Source of the DNA: a bacterium
GTDB taxonomy: Bacteria > SAR324 > NAC60-12
DNA length: 64,000 nt
Direction of reading: 5' to 3'
NCBI GenBank assembly: GCA_965205865.1
Contig: CBDBHR010000029.1
Span: 704,001-768,000, forward strand
The position numbers and the translations under genes were made by a program. Below the pieces are notes generated by a model. That model searched no databases and was not told where the DNA came from. It saw nothing but the letters and a program-made list of their open reading frames with translations. Each line of letters starts with the position of its first letter. Within the stretch, counting starts at the first letter, position 1. Below are positions 31,333-42,002 of this stretch, piece by piece.

Positions 31333-32579
31333 CCTAAATCCTGCAATTAGATGACAATCAAACATGGAAATGGTAATATACTCAAATAGTTAACAGCAGA
31401 ATCAACATTTTAAGAGATCACCATTTCCATGAAAAACAAAGGTAGCGCAAGATCGGCAAGAACGACAGCAAAAAACATCCATATCAGCCAGGGAGGCAGA
31501 GACCTGACCGCGCAAGCAGGCTTGATTCCGGTTGTCAAATTTTTTCACAAAGAAGGGATTGTTTCAAAGACAGAGCAGACCGTAGATCATCGGCGTGGCG
31601 CCACGGGTCTTTATGACGCGGTGGACATGGTCATTTTGTCGGTGGTCGGCATTGTTGGTGGCGCCCGTTCGATTCGTTCGATTGTGACAGTTTGGAACGA
31701 CCGTGTTTTGAGTCGTGTGGCCGGTTGGCTGAGGATTCCGGATGAAACCACATTCGGCCGGATACTGCGTACTTTCACACAGAAAAACATCAATGAGATG
31801 GAGAGCTTGAACCATCGGATTCGAGCCGGTATCTGGCGTAAGGCGCTTCGAAGTGGGACAAGCATCGTTGGGGTGTTACACTGTCTTGTGATTGACGTGG
31901 ACTCCACTGTGAAAACGGCCTACGGCAAGCAGCAAGGAGTGTCTGTCGGATATAATCCCCACAAACGCGGTGCAGCTTCGTATCATCCTCTGCTGGCATT
32001 TTGCGCAGAGACAAAGGAGATTCTTCAGGGTTGGCTTCGTGATGGGAGTGCCTATACCAGCAATGGAGTCGTTGAATTCATGCGGCAACTTCTCGCTCAC
32101 CTTCCAAATCGGACTCGCACTCTGTTTCGTGGAGACAGTGGTTTTTTTGTGGGGGATTTGCTGGATTTCCTCGAAGAACGAGGCCATGGCTATCTGATCA
32201 AGGTCAAACTCAAGGGGCTTGTCTCGTTGTTGGAAACCCAAAAATGGCAAAAAGTGAAGGGGCAGCCCGCTTGGGAAGGGTGTGAGTTTTCCCACCAATG
32301 TGAAACTTGGAGGAGGTCAAGAAAATTCATGGCCGTACGCAGGGAGAAAGAGGAGGAACTCAAAGGGATGGCCACCCTCTTTGAGATGAAGGAGTACGAT
32401 TATTTTTGTTATGTTCTCACTGACGCGCTCACTCCCTGGCAGGCTCACAAAGAGTATGGCCAAAGGGCGGTCGCTGAGACATGGATTGAGGAAGCAAAAA
32501 ATCAAACTGCGCTGGCTCAGATTAAAACCGACGATTTTTGGGCCAACAGTGCCTTGTTCCAATGCGCGATACTCGCTTA
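31333..32579 (+). mobile_element. IS1380-family element, 3'-truncated by RAYT element copy 4 (transposase 31429-32598)
   Basis: LTAQAGL, IDVDST, YHPLLAF, RGDSGF; identity with the 11256 copy stops at CTCGCTTA. Confidence 0.9.
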
Positions 32580-32584
32580 TAAAT

Positions 32585-33632
32585 GGGGTCAGGCTTGAAA
32601 GTTTGAAACTTCAAGCAAGTATTTGACGTTTCAGTTCCTCTAATTGATTTTGGAGACCCTCGGATTCCTTCAATCGTTGTCTCAACCGGTGCACTCCAAA
32701 GCTAATCGTAGAATCGTCTCGATTGCAAACTTTTCCGACCTCCCGAATCGTTGCGGACTTCCAATCGAAAGCTAACATGCCAATCATCGCACGGGCTTCA
32801 CTCAACTTTCGTGACTGCACGGCACTTCTTAATTCCTTCTCCTGCAGTTGATAAACTTGAGCCACTTGATGAATGATCCGTTCTAAAAGAGGAGGAGAGC
32901 AGGGGATGTTTTCGAGCTTCTTCAAAACCGAGGTCACAAAATGATCTTCTCCAATGATCTCTGAATGGGCAGAGCCTTTTTGAAAATTGACCGGCGAAGC
33001 AATGTTTCTCCCACTCCGGATATAATCCTCATAAAGTTTTCTGGCCTCTCCCCGTTTTGGAGAAAAGTGAGACAATCCCCAATCCGTATGCAACCATTCC
33101 AGCCGCCGCTTTCCCAAGTAAGCCAAATGGCTGCACCATGGGAAATCAACCAACTCTTTGGCCACACCCGCTCGAATCGGATTGAGATGAATATAACGAA
33201 TCAAGGCTAACAAATAGTTTTCTTGATCAACTAACAAGGCTTTATAACGTCCCTGAAATAAGTGGCCCATGCGTTTTTGCCGTTGATTGATCCAACGCGT
33301 GTAGCGAAATGAGATATTTTGCATGATCGGAGCAAGAGGGATCGCTCCCACTTCAATGGCTAAATGGACATGATTGCTCATTAAACAAAAAGCGTGAATC
33401 CGATGATCAAAGCGTTGGTAACCTTCTTGGAGTAAGTGATAAAATTGTCGATAGTCGGGGGAACTGAAAAAAATGGGTTGCCCTCCATTGCCACGAAGCA
33501 TCACATGATAAAGCGCACCAGGATAGTAAAGGCGTGGCTTACGGGCCATCTTTAGAAACAAGCGAGAAGGAAAGTAAAATCGATTTAAAGAAAAAAATAA
33601 CACTACTTTTCCAAACTTTCAAGCCTGACCCC
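32585..33632 (-). mobile_element. HUH/RAYT-type element copy 4 (1048 bp)
   Basis: Both inverted repeats intact. Confidence 0.92.
32611..33549 (-). CDS. Y1 HUH transposase (RAYT-like), copy 4
   Basis: Near-identical to copy 1. Confidence 0.92.
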   Translation of the reverse strand: MARKPRLYYPGALYHVMLRGNGGQPIFFSSPDYRQFYHLLQEGYQRFDHRIHAFCLMSNHVHLAIEVGAIPLAPIMQNISFRYTRWINQRQKRMGHLFQGRYKALLVDQENYLLALIRYIHLNPIRAGVAKELVDFPWCSHLAYLGKRRLEWLHTDWGLSHFSPKRGEARKLYEDYIRSGRNIASPVNFQKGSAHSEIIGEDHFVTSVLKKLENIPCSPPLLERIIHQVAQVYQLQEKELRSAVQSRKLSEARAMIGMLAFDWKSATIREVGKVCNRDDSTISFGVHRLRQRLKESEGLQNQLEELKRQILA

Positions 33633-33748
33633 CTTTCTATGGAATGGGGAGGTAGTATACCGCGCATTTTTTGTGTTAAAACGGACTTGCCAGAACATAG
33701 GGGCGTTCGGAATCATGGCGCTGTGGCCAAATGAGAGGGCCTGGTTTT

Positions 33749-33958
33749 TTAAAAATATTTAAGGTGAGGAAACGGCTTGACGATTTCGCGAACTTTCTCT
33801 GAAAACAGGATCAATCTTTTGGTCGCGCAACTGGGACAGATCATTCTTTTTTTGCAGGAAAACGCCACAAAAAAGTCGGTTCCACATTCACACCTCACAC
33901 GAGCTACTCCGTTATCAGGAATACAACAGTCCATATATCGTCTCTCCCATATCTGCAA
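33749..33958 (-). pseudogene. IS91-type transposase zinc-binding domain fragment
   Basis: ARVRCEC..VAFSCKKRMICPSC. Confidence 0.75.
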
Positions 33959-34227
33959 GTCTTAAGGGAAATGGAACTAGTCGCTAGAAGGGTAGGGGAA
34001 TTTCCTCCGTCTCTGAATCTAAATTAAACGTATGATTTGCCGTAAGGTCTTGAAAGTCAGGCCATTGGCTCCCGAAGTCGTAAAGGTCAGGGCAGGAGCA
34101 TACAACTGTGAGCACGCTCCCATCAACGTGTCGCTTGAGACGGGTAAGCGCCGTGTAAAGCAACGCGCGATCCCGTGCTCTTTCGATGCTCTCAACATAT
34201 AAGACCACGTGCCTTGCTTCCCAACCA

Positions 34228-35041
34228 ATTACGCCACCCACAAACATCTTAAGGTGAAAGAATGGCTCAAAAAACACCCGCGATTTGCATTTCATTCCTA
34301 CTTCCTCCTCATGGCTGAACATGGTGGAACGCTTTTTTGGCAAGCTGGCAGGACACGCATTTATGGAGCGGATAAAATCGAGGAGATTGTGAAGAAAACC
34401 ATTGAAGAGAAGCCTGAGGACCGTACCCATTGGAGCACGCGATCGATGGCCAAGGCAGTTGGCGTAGGCAAGACAACCGTCGGTAAAGTATGGAAAGCCC
34501 ATCGAGCCTCATCTGGAAAAAACATTTAAGTTGTCGCATGATAAGCATTTCACTGCGAAACTGAAAGATGTCATCGGTTTGTACATGAATCCTCCTGAGA
34601 AAGCGCTGGTCTTGAGCGTCGATGAGAAATCACAAATCCAGGCACTCGATCGCACCCAGCCAGGTCTGCCACTGAAACCAGGGCGCAATGGCACCAGAAC
34701 TCATGATTATATCCGTCTGGCACCTGCTGTCTGTTTACTGCTACGCAGACAGGGAAAGTGCTCGCTCGCTGTGAAAAACGGCACCGACACCAAGAGTATC
34801 TGCGCTTCCTGCGTCTTATTGACAAGACTACCTCGAAGCAACTGCAGGTACACTTGATCCCTGCCACCCACAAACATCTTAAGGTGAAAGAATGGCTCAA
34901 AAAACACCCGCGATTTCACCCGCATTTCATTCCTACTTCCTCCTCATGGCTGAACATGGTGGAACGCTTTTTTGGCAAGATCACTGCAGAACGGATTCGA
35001 CGAGGCGCCTTCAAAAGCGTGCTCGAGTTGACCGAAGCCAT
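34228..35041 (+). mobile_element. IS630-family transposase remnant, frameshifted and partly duplicated
   Basis: [35 protein letters not shown]; 34231-34344 duplicates 34862-34979. Confidence 0.85.
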
Positions 35042-35435
35042 CCTGTGGAGAGTGGTTGCTTTCACTCTAGCGTCACCCTGGAAGAAGGCTAGCTTTTGGC
35101 GCCGCTGCTCCTCGCCTTGATGGTCGAATGTATTGAGAACGCGGACAGATTTTCTCTTATAGTCCTCCACCAGTTCACGCCCCACCCCACTGCCAGATAG
35201 AAAAGTAATATCTGGTATAGCAGTATCGACGCGCAAACGTACCATTTGCCGGCGTACTTCATCAACACACGCTTCTGTGGCATTTGATGGATGCACTTGC
35301 ACCCAGCGCAACTCCGTTGGGTATAGGTCTAGCTCTGCTTGCTCTATCGGAGGGATGTCAGTTTCTTCATCTGCCAGGTATTGGGCGGCAAATTTTTGTA
35401 CGAATCGAATGATTTTTGGTGGCAAGCGATAGCTA

Positions 35436-37278
35436 GACCCTAGCCGAAAAGGGTTTCGAAAATAGTAAATGTAACCAATTTGATTCTATTTGATTCTCTA
35501 TTTGATTCAATATGACGAGAAAACGATTTTTTTGTTTTTTATTCGCCCACAGCACAGTTTTTATAGGGAAAAAATCTTTTTTGGACATACTTTCCTCGCC
35601 CCTGCTCATATTTCACACTCCCCCATTGAATATTCAGGCCGCTTGTTTGAGTTGTCTTTTTTTCAACTCAATCATTTTGCAAAAATTATAGGTTAATGCT
35701 TTTTCCAGCAACTCTGCCCGAACGTTTTCAATCCCTCTGCGCATAACTTGTCCGAAATGGAAACGATGCTTAAGATGAAACATCAACGACTCTGCAGCAG
35801 ATCTTCCATTTCGTGATTCCAAATAGATTTCACTTTCCCATTCTTCAATCGGGGTCATCTTTTTTCCCTTTGCCCCACTAATACTAAAAACCTTAACGCC
35901 TTTGCCCATCCACTTTTCTCTGATCGCCTGATTGGCATATCCATCATCAAGGCTCACTTCAGAGGGAATGCTGATGGTGCATCGCAAATGTTCAACAAGG
36001 GCAGGGTCGAGTTGCCCTGAATCAGCAGCATTGCCCTCCGGAGTAATTAACACGGAAATAAAACCATTTCCGCTCCTTCCTAATTGAGGCTTATATCCGA
36101 TAAGCGCTTCTCGATCTCCCTTTTGAATATAAGCCGAGCTCTGATCGGAAAGACTCAATACTTTCTCAGTAGAAGGAACCTTCTTTTCTTCAAAAACTCT
36201 TTGATGACAGTAGATGATTACCCGTTGCAAATTAGAAATATCTTCATTCATCATTTCAATGAGGCGAATCAAACGCGTTTTCCGAGAAGGGGGGAGAAGA
36301 GCTTTTTGGGCACGGATATCCACCTTTGCCATTTCTTTTAAAAATTTCCCATGAGCGCTTTGAGCTTTCTTCAATAGGGTTTTGTAATGTTTTTTTCGCT
36401 TCGTTTTACTGTCCTTTTTACCTGTCTCAAAAGCCATCATCTTAGAGAGCTTATTCATCTCCTTGATGAGGAAATCAAAATTTCTTTCACTGATCTCAGC
36501 GATTCCAAATGTATCAAGGGAACGCCCTCGATGGTAGCTTCGCTCCACGAGACGAGTCAATATCGACGAATCAGTAGGCCAAGCTGTATTTCCTTTTACA
36601 GAGGTGCTATCCAGTTTTAAAATATCAAAATCGTCCAACTCTTCATCGAGAACCATTCGAATTTGAGCATCGAAAATAAACTGTCTGCTCTCGTTGCTGA
36701 CAGCATTGACATTATCAAGGATTGTACTCGCTCCCGGCATTTTCAATCCACGGTTGAGCAGAAGCAGATGCAGTGTGATTGACTCTGAAAGAAATATTTG
36801 GGCCGTTTGGGATTTGATACTTCCTAAATATCCCCGAATCATCATAAAAAGGTAGACTAAAAAAGCCGACATCCGAGGACACCCTATTTCCAGCCTCAGT
36901 TCTTCCGGCTTCAATTCCTCATCTTCTACGGGAAGATGAGGAAGCCATGGATTCCGGGCTTCCTGCCATCGTTTATCCTCTAAACGCTCTTTCTTTTTAT
37001 TTCTTGCGTATTTCTCCAAATCCTGTTCAATTTTGTCCAATATCTCCGGCTCTCGCTCAGACAATTGATCAAGTTCTGATAAGAAATTTTCAAATTCTGT
37101 ATCAGGAGCGCTTAAAATAAGATGTTTTTCTGCTCGAATGAATGGTTTCATTTTGGGTGCCATAATTCTTAATATTGAAGTTATTCACAGTTATTTCAAT
37201 GAATTATGGCACTTTTTAACCTCAAGTTTAAAGATATAATTCTAAAAAATACCTTAAAATACCTTTTCGGCTAGGATC
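35436..37278 (-). mobile_element. DDE insertion sequence (IS5/IS1182/ISNCY-like)
   Basis: TIR GA(C/T)CCTAGCCGAAAAGG, flanked by TAGCTA on both sides. Confidence 0.88.
35634..37163 (-). CDS. DDE transposase
   Basis: LDSTSV, SLDDGY, RSAAESLMFHLK; enclosed by TIRs. Confidence 0.85.
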   Translation of the reverse strand: MAPKMKPFIRAEKHLILSAPDTEFENFLSELDQLSEREPEILDKIEQDLEKYARNKKKERLEDKRWQEARNPWLPHLPVEDEELKPEELRLEIGCPRMSAFLVYLFMMIRGYLGSIKSQTAQIFLSESITLHLLLLNRGLKMPGASTILDNVNAVSNESRQFIFDAQIRMVLDEELDDFDILKLDSTSVKGNTAWPTDSSILTRLVERSYHRGRSLDTFGIAEISERNFDFLIKEMNKLSKMMAFETGKKDSKTKRKKHYKTLLKKAQSAHGKFLKEMAKVDIRAQKALLPPSRKTRLIRLIEMMNEDISNLQRVIIYCHQRVFEEKKVPSTEKVLSLSDQSSAYIQKGDREALIGYKPQLGRSGNGFISVLITPEGNAADSGQLDPALVEHLRCTISIPSEVSLDDGYANQAIREKWMGKGVKVFSISGAKGKKMTPIEEWESEIYLESRNGRSAAESLMFHLKHRFHFGQVMRRGIENVRAELLEKALTYNFCKMIELKKRQLKQAA

Positions 37279-38591
37279 TAGCTAGTGCTCAGTTGAGCCC
37301 ACGGACCGCCTTGAAACCCGGCGCCAACCATCGCCTGTTCAGTCCAAGCACCGGCCGTCCCATAGATATTCTGCGTCTTGTCCGCAACAAGGAGCATCTC
37401 CCCGCCGTCCTTCCCTGCTTTGCGGAGAGTCTGCCACCAGTTAAGTCTGAAATCCTGGCCCTCATCTACCAGAATAGCGTCGTAAAAAAGCGGTGTGGTC
37501 CCACTATCCTGACTTTGGCCGTTGTATATCCGCTGCACGAGCTGCGCCATACGGTTCTCCAACACAGCATTTGTCGATAGCTCCCTGTCCTCCGATGAAT
37601 CCCCCCAGAGTTCCTTGTAAGCTTGCTCATGTCCCGTAGCCAAGCAAACTCGCTTACACCAAGAATGAAAGTTGAGAAAAGTAATCCGTCTTCTGACAAC
37701 TCGCTGCCTTCCCACGTGTCTGGCAGCTAGATCGCGTAAGTAGTTCAATAGGGTGATGTTGAATGAGCATACAAGAACCTCTTTGCCTTCAGTGGCAAGC
37801 TCAGCCGAACGTGCTGCGAGAACCAAACTCTTGCCCGATCCAGCAGGCCCCTTGAGGCGCCGGTAACCTGATGATGTTCGAGTCGTTGCAAGCCGACGCT
37901 GTTGATTGTTCATTTCAAGCGGTTCTCGTTGTTCTCGGCTGAAGGCCGGCTCTTTCAGCCAACCCCGAAGGTCATTCGCAGTATCCTCACACATGGATTT
38001 CGATGAAGTGCGCCACCACTCTGGGAACAGATGGGCAATGTTGCCCGACTGGACGTCGTCTGAACCGGATAACGGGTAATATTGCGGATATTTGGCTATT
38101 CCATCGTCTCTATCCCGAAACGGAGCAAATAGCTTCTGCACTTGTGCTCGGGGAGACCGAGTGAAAATGATGCCTGCGGTAATCACTGCCAGTCCAGAAT
38201 TGTCCTTCAGCCTGGGACAGTACAAGCCAAACAGCTCATCCTTATAGAGCCGTATCTTGTTAACCGGATTATCACACTGTCGGCTGAATGAGTTGCCAGA
38301 CTTTTGACGTGCCATCAGCCGCGGTTCTCCAGTCCCGCTGTAGTCCACGTAGTAGTCGAGAGCAGTCAGATCCCAATCTTTGACCTCAAACACAGCGATG
38401 CCAGCATTAGGGTTGAGGAGGACAAAATCGGGCCGTAGACCATTCAGGTGCGGTTGGATGTACATCTCCCACTCATTGGGCAACTTATCGTCGAACAACT
38501 CGGCAACCGTACACTCTCCGGTAGTGAGCGTTGTCAGTAATCTATCCCACTGTTCTCTTGGCGGGTCAATGAGTCGAGACATACCGTTCTA

Positions 38592-40460
38592 TCAGGGTGT
38601 TATGAGGGTGTCTCCAGAGCCTGAGACCCGGCTGTCTTCCTGCACCAGTTCGTACTTCTTAGGGGCCTCATCGGGATCCTCGATATCGTCCGAGGCGATC
38701 TGTTTGCCCATCACTGTCTGAATCCTGTCGAGGAGCACCAACTGCCGACTGTTGAAGTACTCAACGAAATCGTCTGACCGGAGGTGAGCAGGATCGATAA
38801 AGTGCGACTTAAGGTAGCCGTCCAGAACGTCTCGAGGAACACTATACTTGCCCGACTCGATACGCACGAGATACTCACTAGGAGAATCTCCTCCGATGAT
38901 GCGGTTGGTTCGCGCCGTAAGCGGTGTTTTGTTTATGATCGAGTCGCAGCATCCGGGCTTAATGCCATGATCGTGGCACCACTTCTGTGGAAAGACATGA
39001 TGAATGTCAATGCTCTCGTCAAAGTAGCTCTGTATGGACGACTTTTCGCCAGTCAACCAATCTTTTGCGCCTTCGCGCAGTAGAAGCGCATATACGCCCT
39101 TGTATGCGGCACTGTTTCGCGTGCGCAGTGTCCGCAACCGGGCGGGAGTGAATTCCGCATCATAGATGGTACCCGGATCCGGCCCGCCACCCCGTATCCA
39201 GCTCAGGACTTCAGGGAGGTCGTGGGAAAACCGCGTCTCGATTGAGCCTCCGTAGAGCTCTCCCAGCACGCCGCACCAGTACCATCGTGCGAGCTTTTCT
39301 TTCGCAGGGAACGACTCCCAATCCTGATCAAGAACCGTGAGGATCGCTGCCAGTGGTATCAGTTGACTGCCGTACGGTAGGAATCTCGCGTCATACAAGT
39401 GCTGAGAATGGAGGAATCTCGCCGCTCTCTCAAAGCCCTGCATCAACGGGTCAGCCCACCACTGGTACTCGTCCAGTCCTAGCCGCAGCATATCCGAGCG
39501 CTTGCATCCTATGCCGGGAGCCCGGTCCTCGTCCGTTCCATTGTGAAGGGCGACATTTCGGCGCTCCAGGGTAGCAAGTAAAGTCACAGCCTGAAGAAAA
39601 TCCGTATTGGAGACACCCGAGAGGATCGACCGGCAGTGGATTTTACACTCCCGCCTCTCCCAATCCGGCCTTAGTTGAAAGTTGTCCGCAGCGAAAGTCG
39701 CTGTCAGAAGCTCAAACACTGTCAGCGTCACGCCACCGGTATTTACTTTCTCGAAGACTTGGCAGACCGCCTCCTTTGGCGTGTCCTTGTCAAGCTCAAT
39801 GACCGGCACCTGGTATTGCTCGAATCGCTTGACGATTTTGCCATTGAAATCAATCCAAAATTTGATCTTTTCCTTATCGAAGTCCCAGAATTCTTGGAAA
39901 CCCACCATCCAGTCGTCCGTATCGAACACCTTGGAAAAGGGAAACATCATTGCCTCGTACTCTCGCTCTGGGGTCGAGTAGTCTTTAACTACATCCCGTC
40001 CGAACCTCTTGATCTGCCACTCCTCAGGCAGGGAAATTACCGCTTCTTCCCGATCACCATTAGCGTTCAGCGCCATCTGCATGTCTATGTAGTACCACCG
40101 TTTGATCTTTCTCCCACGTTGGTCACGGGTGCGTACCGGTCGGTCAAGACGCAGGGACTGGAAGAGCGATGTGAGTCGCTGTTGCCCGTCGAGGATGAGC
40201 CGTTCTGCCTTCTGCTCTCCCGGCGCTGGCGCACCCTCTAAGGGGCGTTGCTTGAAGCGAATGGTCTCACCTCCCGCTCTGAGCATCATCACAGCGCCGA
40301 TCGGGTAGCTCAGGGAAATACTCGCGAGCAAGCTTCGGACGTGATCGTCATCCCAGACCCACCCCCGCTGGAATTCAGGCAATTGCGTCCTCCCGTCCGC
40401 TGCCTCGCCGAGCATCCCGTCAAGTGATTCCTTCTCAATGCCAAATGTCTTTATGTTCAT
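38592..40460 (-). CDS. DUF262 domain protein with C-terminal His-Me finger (GmrSD-like)
   Basis: LPEFQRGWVW, ILDGQQRLT, FEKVNTGG, DIHHVFP..N..N. Confidence 0.9.
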   Translation of the reverse strand: MNIKTFGIEKESLDGMLGEAADGRTQLPEFQRGWVWDDDHVRSLLASISLSYPIGAVMMLRAGGETIRFKQRPLEGAPAPGEQKAERLILDGQQRLTSLFQSLRLDRPVRTRDQRGRKIKRWYYIDMQMALNANGDREEAVISLPEEWQIKRFGRDVVKDYSTPEREYEAMMFPFSKVFDTDDWMVGFQEFWDFDKEKIKFWIDFNGKIVKRFEQYQVPVIELDKDTPKEAVCQVFEKVNTGGVTLTVFELLTATFAADNFQLRPDWERRECKIHCRSILSGVSNTDFLQAVTLLATLERRNVALHNGTDEDRAPGIGCKRSDMLRLGLDEYQWWADPLMQGFERAARFLHSQHLYDARFLPYGSQLIPLAAILTVLDQDWESFPAKEKLARWYWCGVLGELYGGSIETRFSHDLPEVLSWIRGGGPDPGTIYDAEFTPARLRTLRTRNSAAYKGVYALLLREGAKDWLTGEKSSIQSYFDESIDIHHVFPQKWCHDHGIKPGCCDSIINKTPLTARTNRIIGGDSPSEYLVRIESGKYSVPRDVLDGYLKSHFIDPAHLRSDDFVEYFNSRQLVLLDRIQTVMGKQIASDDIEDPDEAPKKYELVQEDSRVSGSGDTLITP

Positions 40461-40953
40461 TACACCTCCTCAACGATTCCGACTATTGTTACCTAGTGAT
40501 TTTCTGAGGCCCTCTATGAAGAGGAACCGGGAAGCATATCCCGCAAAAGGCTGAAATGGCTCTCGGCCATATAGGGACAGGAATGCCCTCATTACATTGA
40601 CGTCTATGGGGAACGCGTCCAAGCACCTCAAGTCGAACAAGGCCACGCAATGTTGTAGTAGTTACTATGTAAACCAGACAGTCTCCGAGGGTTGTGATAA
40701 AAATGAAGTTTTACATATTACAAACAACCTCTTTTAGAGGAGACTGTCATGAAAAAGGATAACATTGAATCATTATCAGGTCAACCCCTTTTTGTTGGCA
40801 TTGGCGTGCATAAGAAGATTTTTCACGTAACCTTTCGGAGCTTTGATTGCGAGATGACCACTCCTTCAATTGCTTCTCAAATATTTGAACACGCCATAGC
40901 CCCCTTTGCCGCTTGATTCGTCTCTGACGTACTGAATGGGGATTATCTGAAAT

Positions 40954-42001
40954 GGGGTCAGGCTTGAAAGTTTGAAACTTCAAGCAAGTATTTGACGTTT
41001 CAGTTCCTCTAATTGATTTTGGAGACCCTCGGATTCCTTCAATCGTTGTCTCAACCGGTGCACTCCAAAGCTAATCGTAGAATCGTCTCGATTGCAAACT
41101 TTTCCGACTTCCCGAATCGTTGCGGACTTCCAATCGAAAGCTAACATGCCAATCATCGCACGGGCTTCACTCAACTTTCGTGACTGCCCGGCACTTCTTA
41201 ATTCCTTCTCCTGCAGTTGATAAACTTGAGCCACTTGATGAATGATCCGTTCTAAAAGAGGAGGAGAGCAGGGGATGTTTTCGAGCTTCTTCAAAACCGA
41301 GGTCACAAAATGATCTTCTCCAATGATCTCTGAATGGGCAGAGCCTTTTTGAAAATTGACCGGCGAAGCAATGTTTCTCCCACTCCGGATATAATCCTCA
41401 TAAAGTTTTCTGGCCTCTCCCCGTTTTGGGGAAAAGTGAGACAATCCCCAATCCGTATGCAACCATTCCAGCCGCCGCTTTCCCAAGTAAGCCAAATGGC
41501 TGCACCATGGGAAATCAACCAACTCTTTGGCCACACCCGCTCGAATCGGATTGAGATGAATATAACGAATCAAGGCTAACAAATAGTTTTCTTGATCAAC
41601 TAACAAGGCTTTATAACGTCCCTGAAATAAGTGGCCCATGCGTTTTTGCCGTTGATTGATCCAACGCGTGTAGCGAAATGAGATATTTTGCATGATCGGA
41701 GCAAGAGGGATCGCTCCCACTTCAATGGCTAAATGGACATGATTGCTCATTAAACAAAAAGCGTTAATCCGATGATCAAAGCGTTGGTAACCTTCTTGGA
41801 GTAAGTGATAAAATTGTCGATAGTCGGGGGAACTGAAAAAAATGGGTTGCCCTCCATTGCCACGAAGCATCACATGATAAAGCGCACCAGGATAGTAAAG
41901 GCGTAGCTTACGGGCCATCTTTAGAAACAAGCGAGAAGGAAAGTAAAATCGATTTAAAGAAAAAAATAACACTACTTTTCCAAACTTTCAAGCCTGACCC
42001 C
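40954..42001 (-). mobile_element. HUH/RAYT-type element copy 5 (1048 bp)
   Basis: Both inverted repeats intact. Confidence 0.92.
40980..41918 (-). CDS. Y1 HUH transposase (RAYT-like), copy 5
   Basis: Near-identical to copy 1. Confidence 0.92.
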   Translation of the reverse strand: MARKLRLYYPGALYHVMLRGNGGQPIFFSSPDYRQFYHLLQEGYQRFDHRINAFCLMSNHVHLAIEVGAIPLAPIMQNISFRYTRWINQRQKRMGHLFQGRYKALLVDQENYLLALIRYIHLNPIRAGVAKELVDFPWCSHLAYLGKRRLEWLHTDWGLSHFSPKRGEARKLYEDYIRSGRNIASPVNFQKGSAHSEIIGEDHFVTSVLKKLENIPCSPPLLERIIHQVAQVYQLQEKELRSAGQSRKLSEARAMIGMLAFDWKSATIREVGKVCNRDDSTISFGVHRLRQRLKESEGLQNQLEELKRQILA

Positions 42002-42002
42002 C

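Larger units (their letters stand above)
33984..38582 (-). pseudogene. NERD nuclease + superfamily 1 helicase, split in three (37279-38582, ~35042-35435, 33984-~34227)
   Basis: RPDFVLL..FEVKDW, Walker A GPAGSGKS, LVDEGQD, rejoined STSYRLP, ATTLH..GWE, LYTALTR. Confidence 0.88.

Noticed and set aside
40770-40792. CAGGTCAACCCCTTTTT as another element terminus
   Set aside because: Only a partial match to AGCCTGACCCC and no partner arm; too weak to call
18036-42001. Classical integron cassette array
   Set aside because: No tyrosine integrase and no attC-type sites recognised; the repeated unit is a whole transposase element
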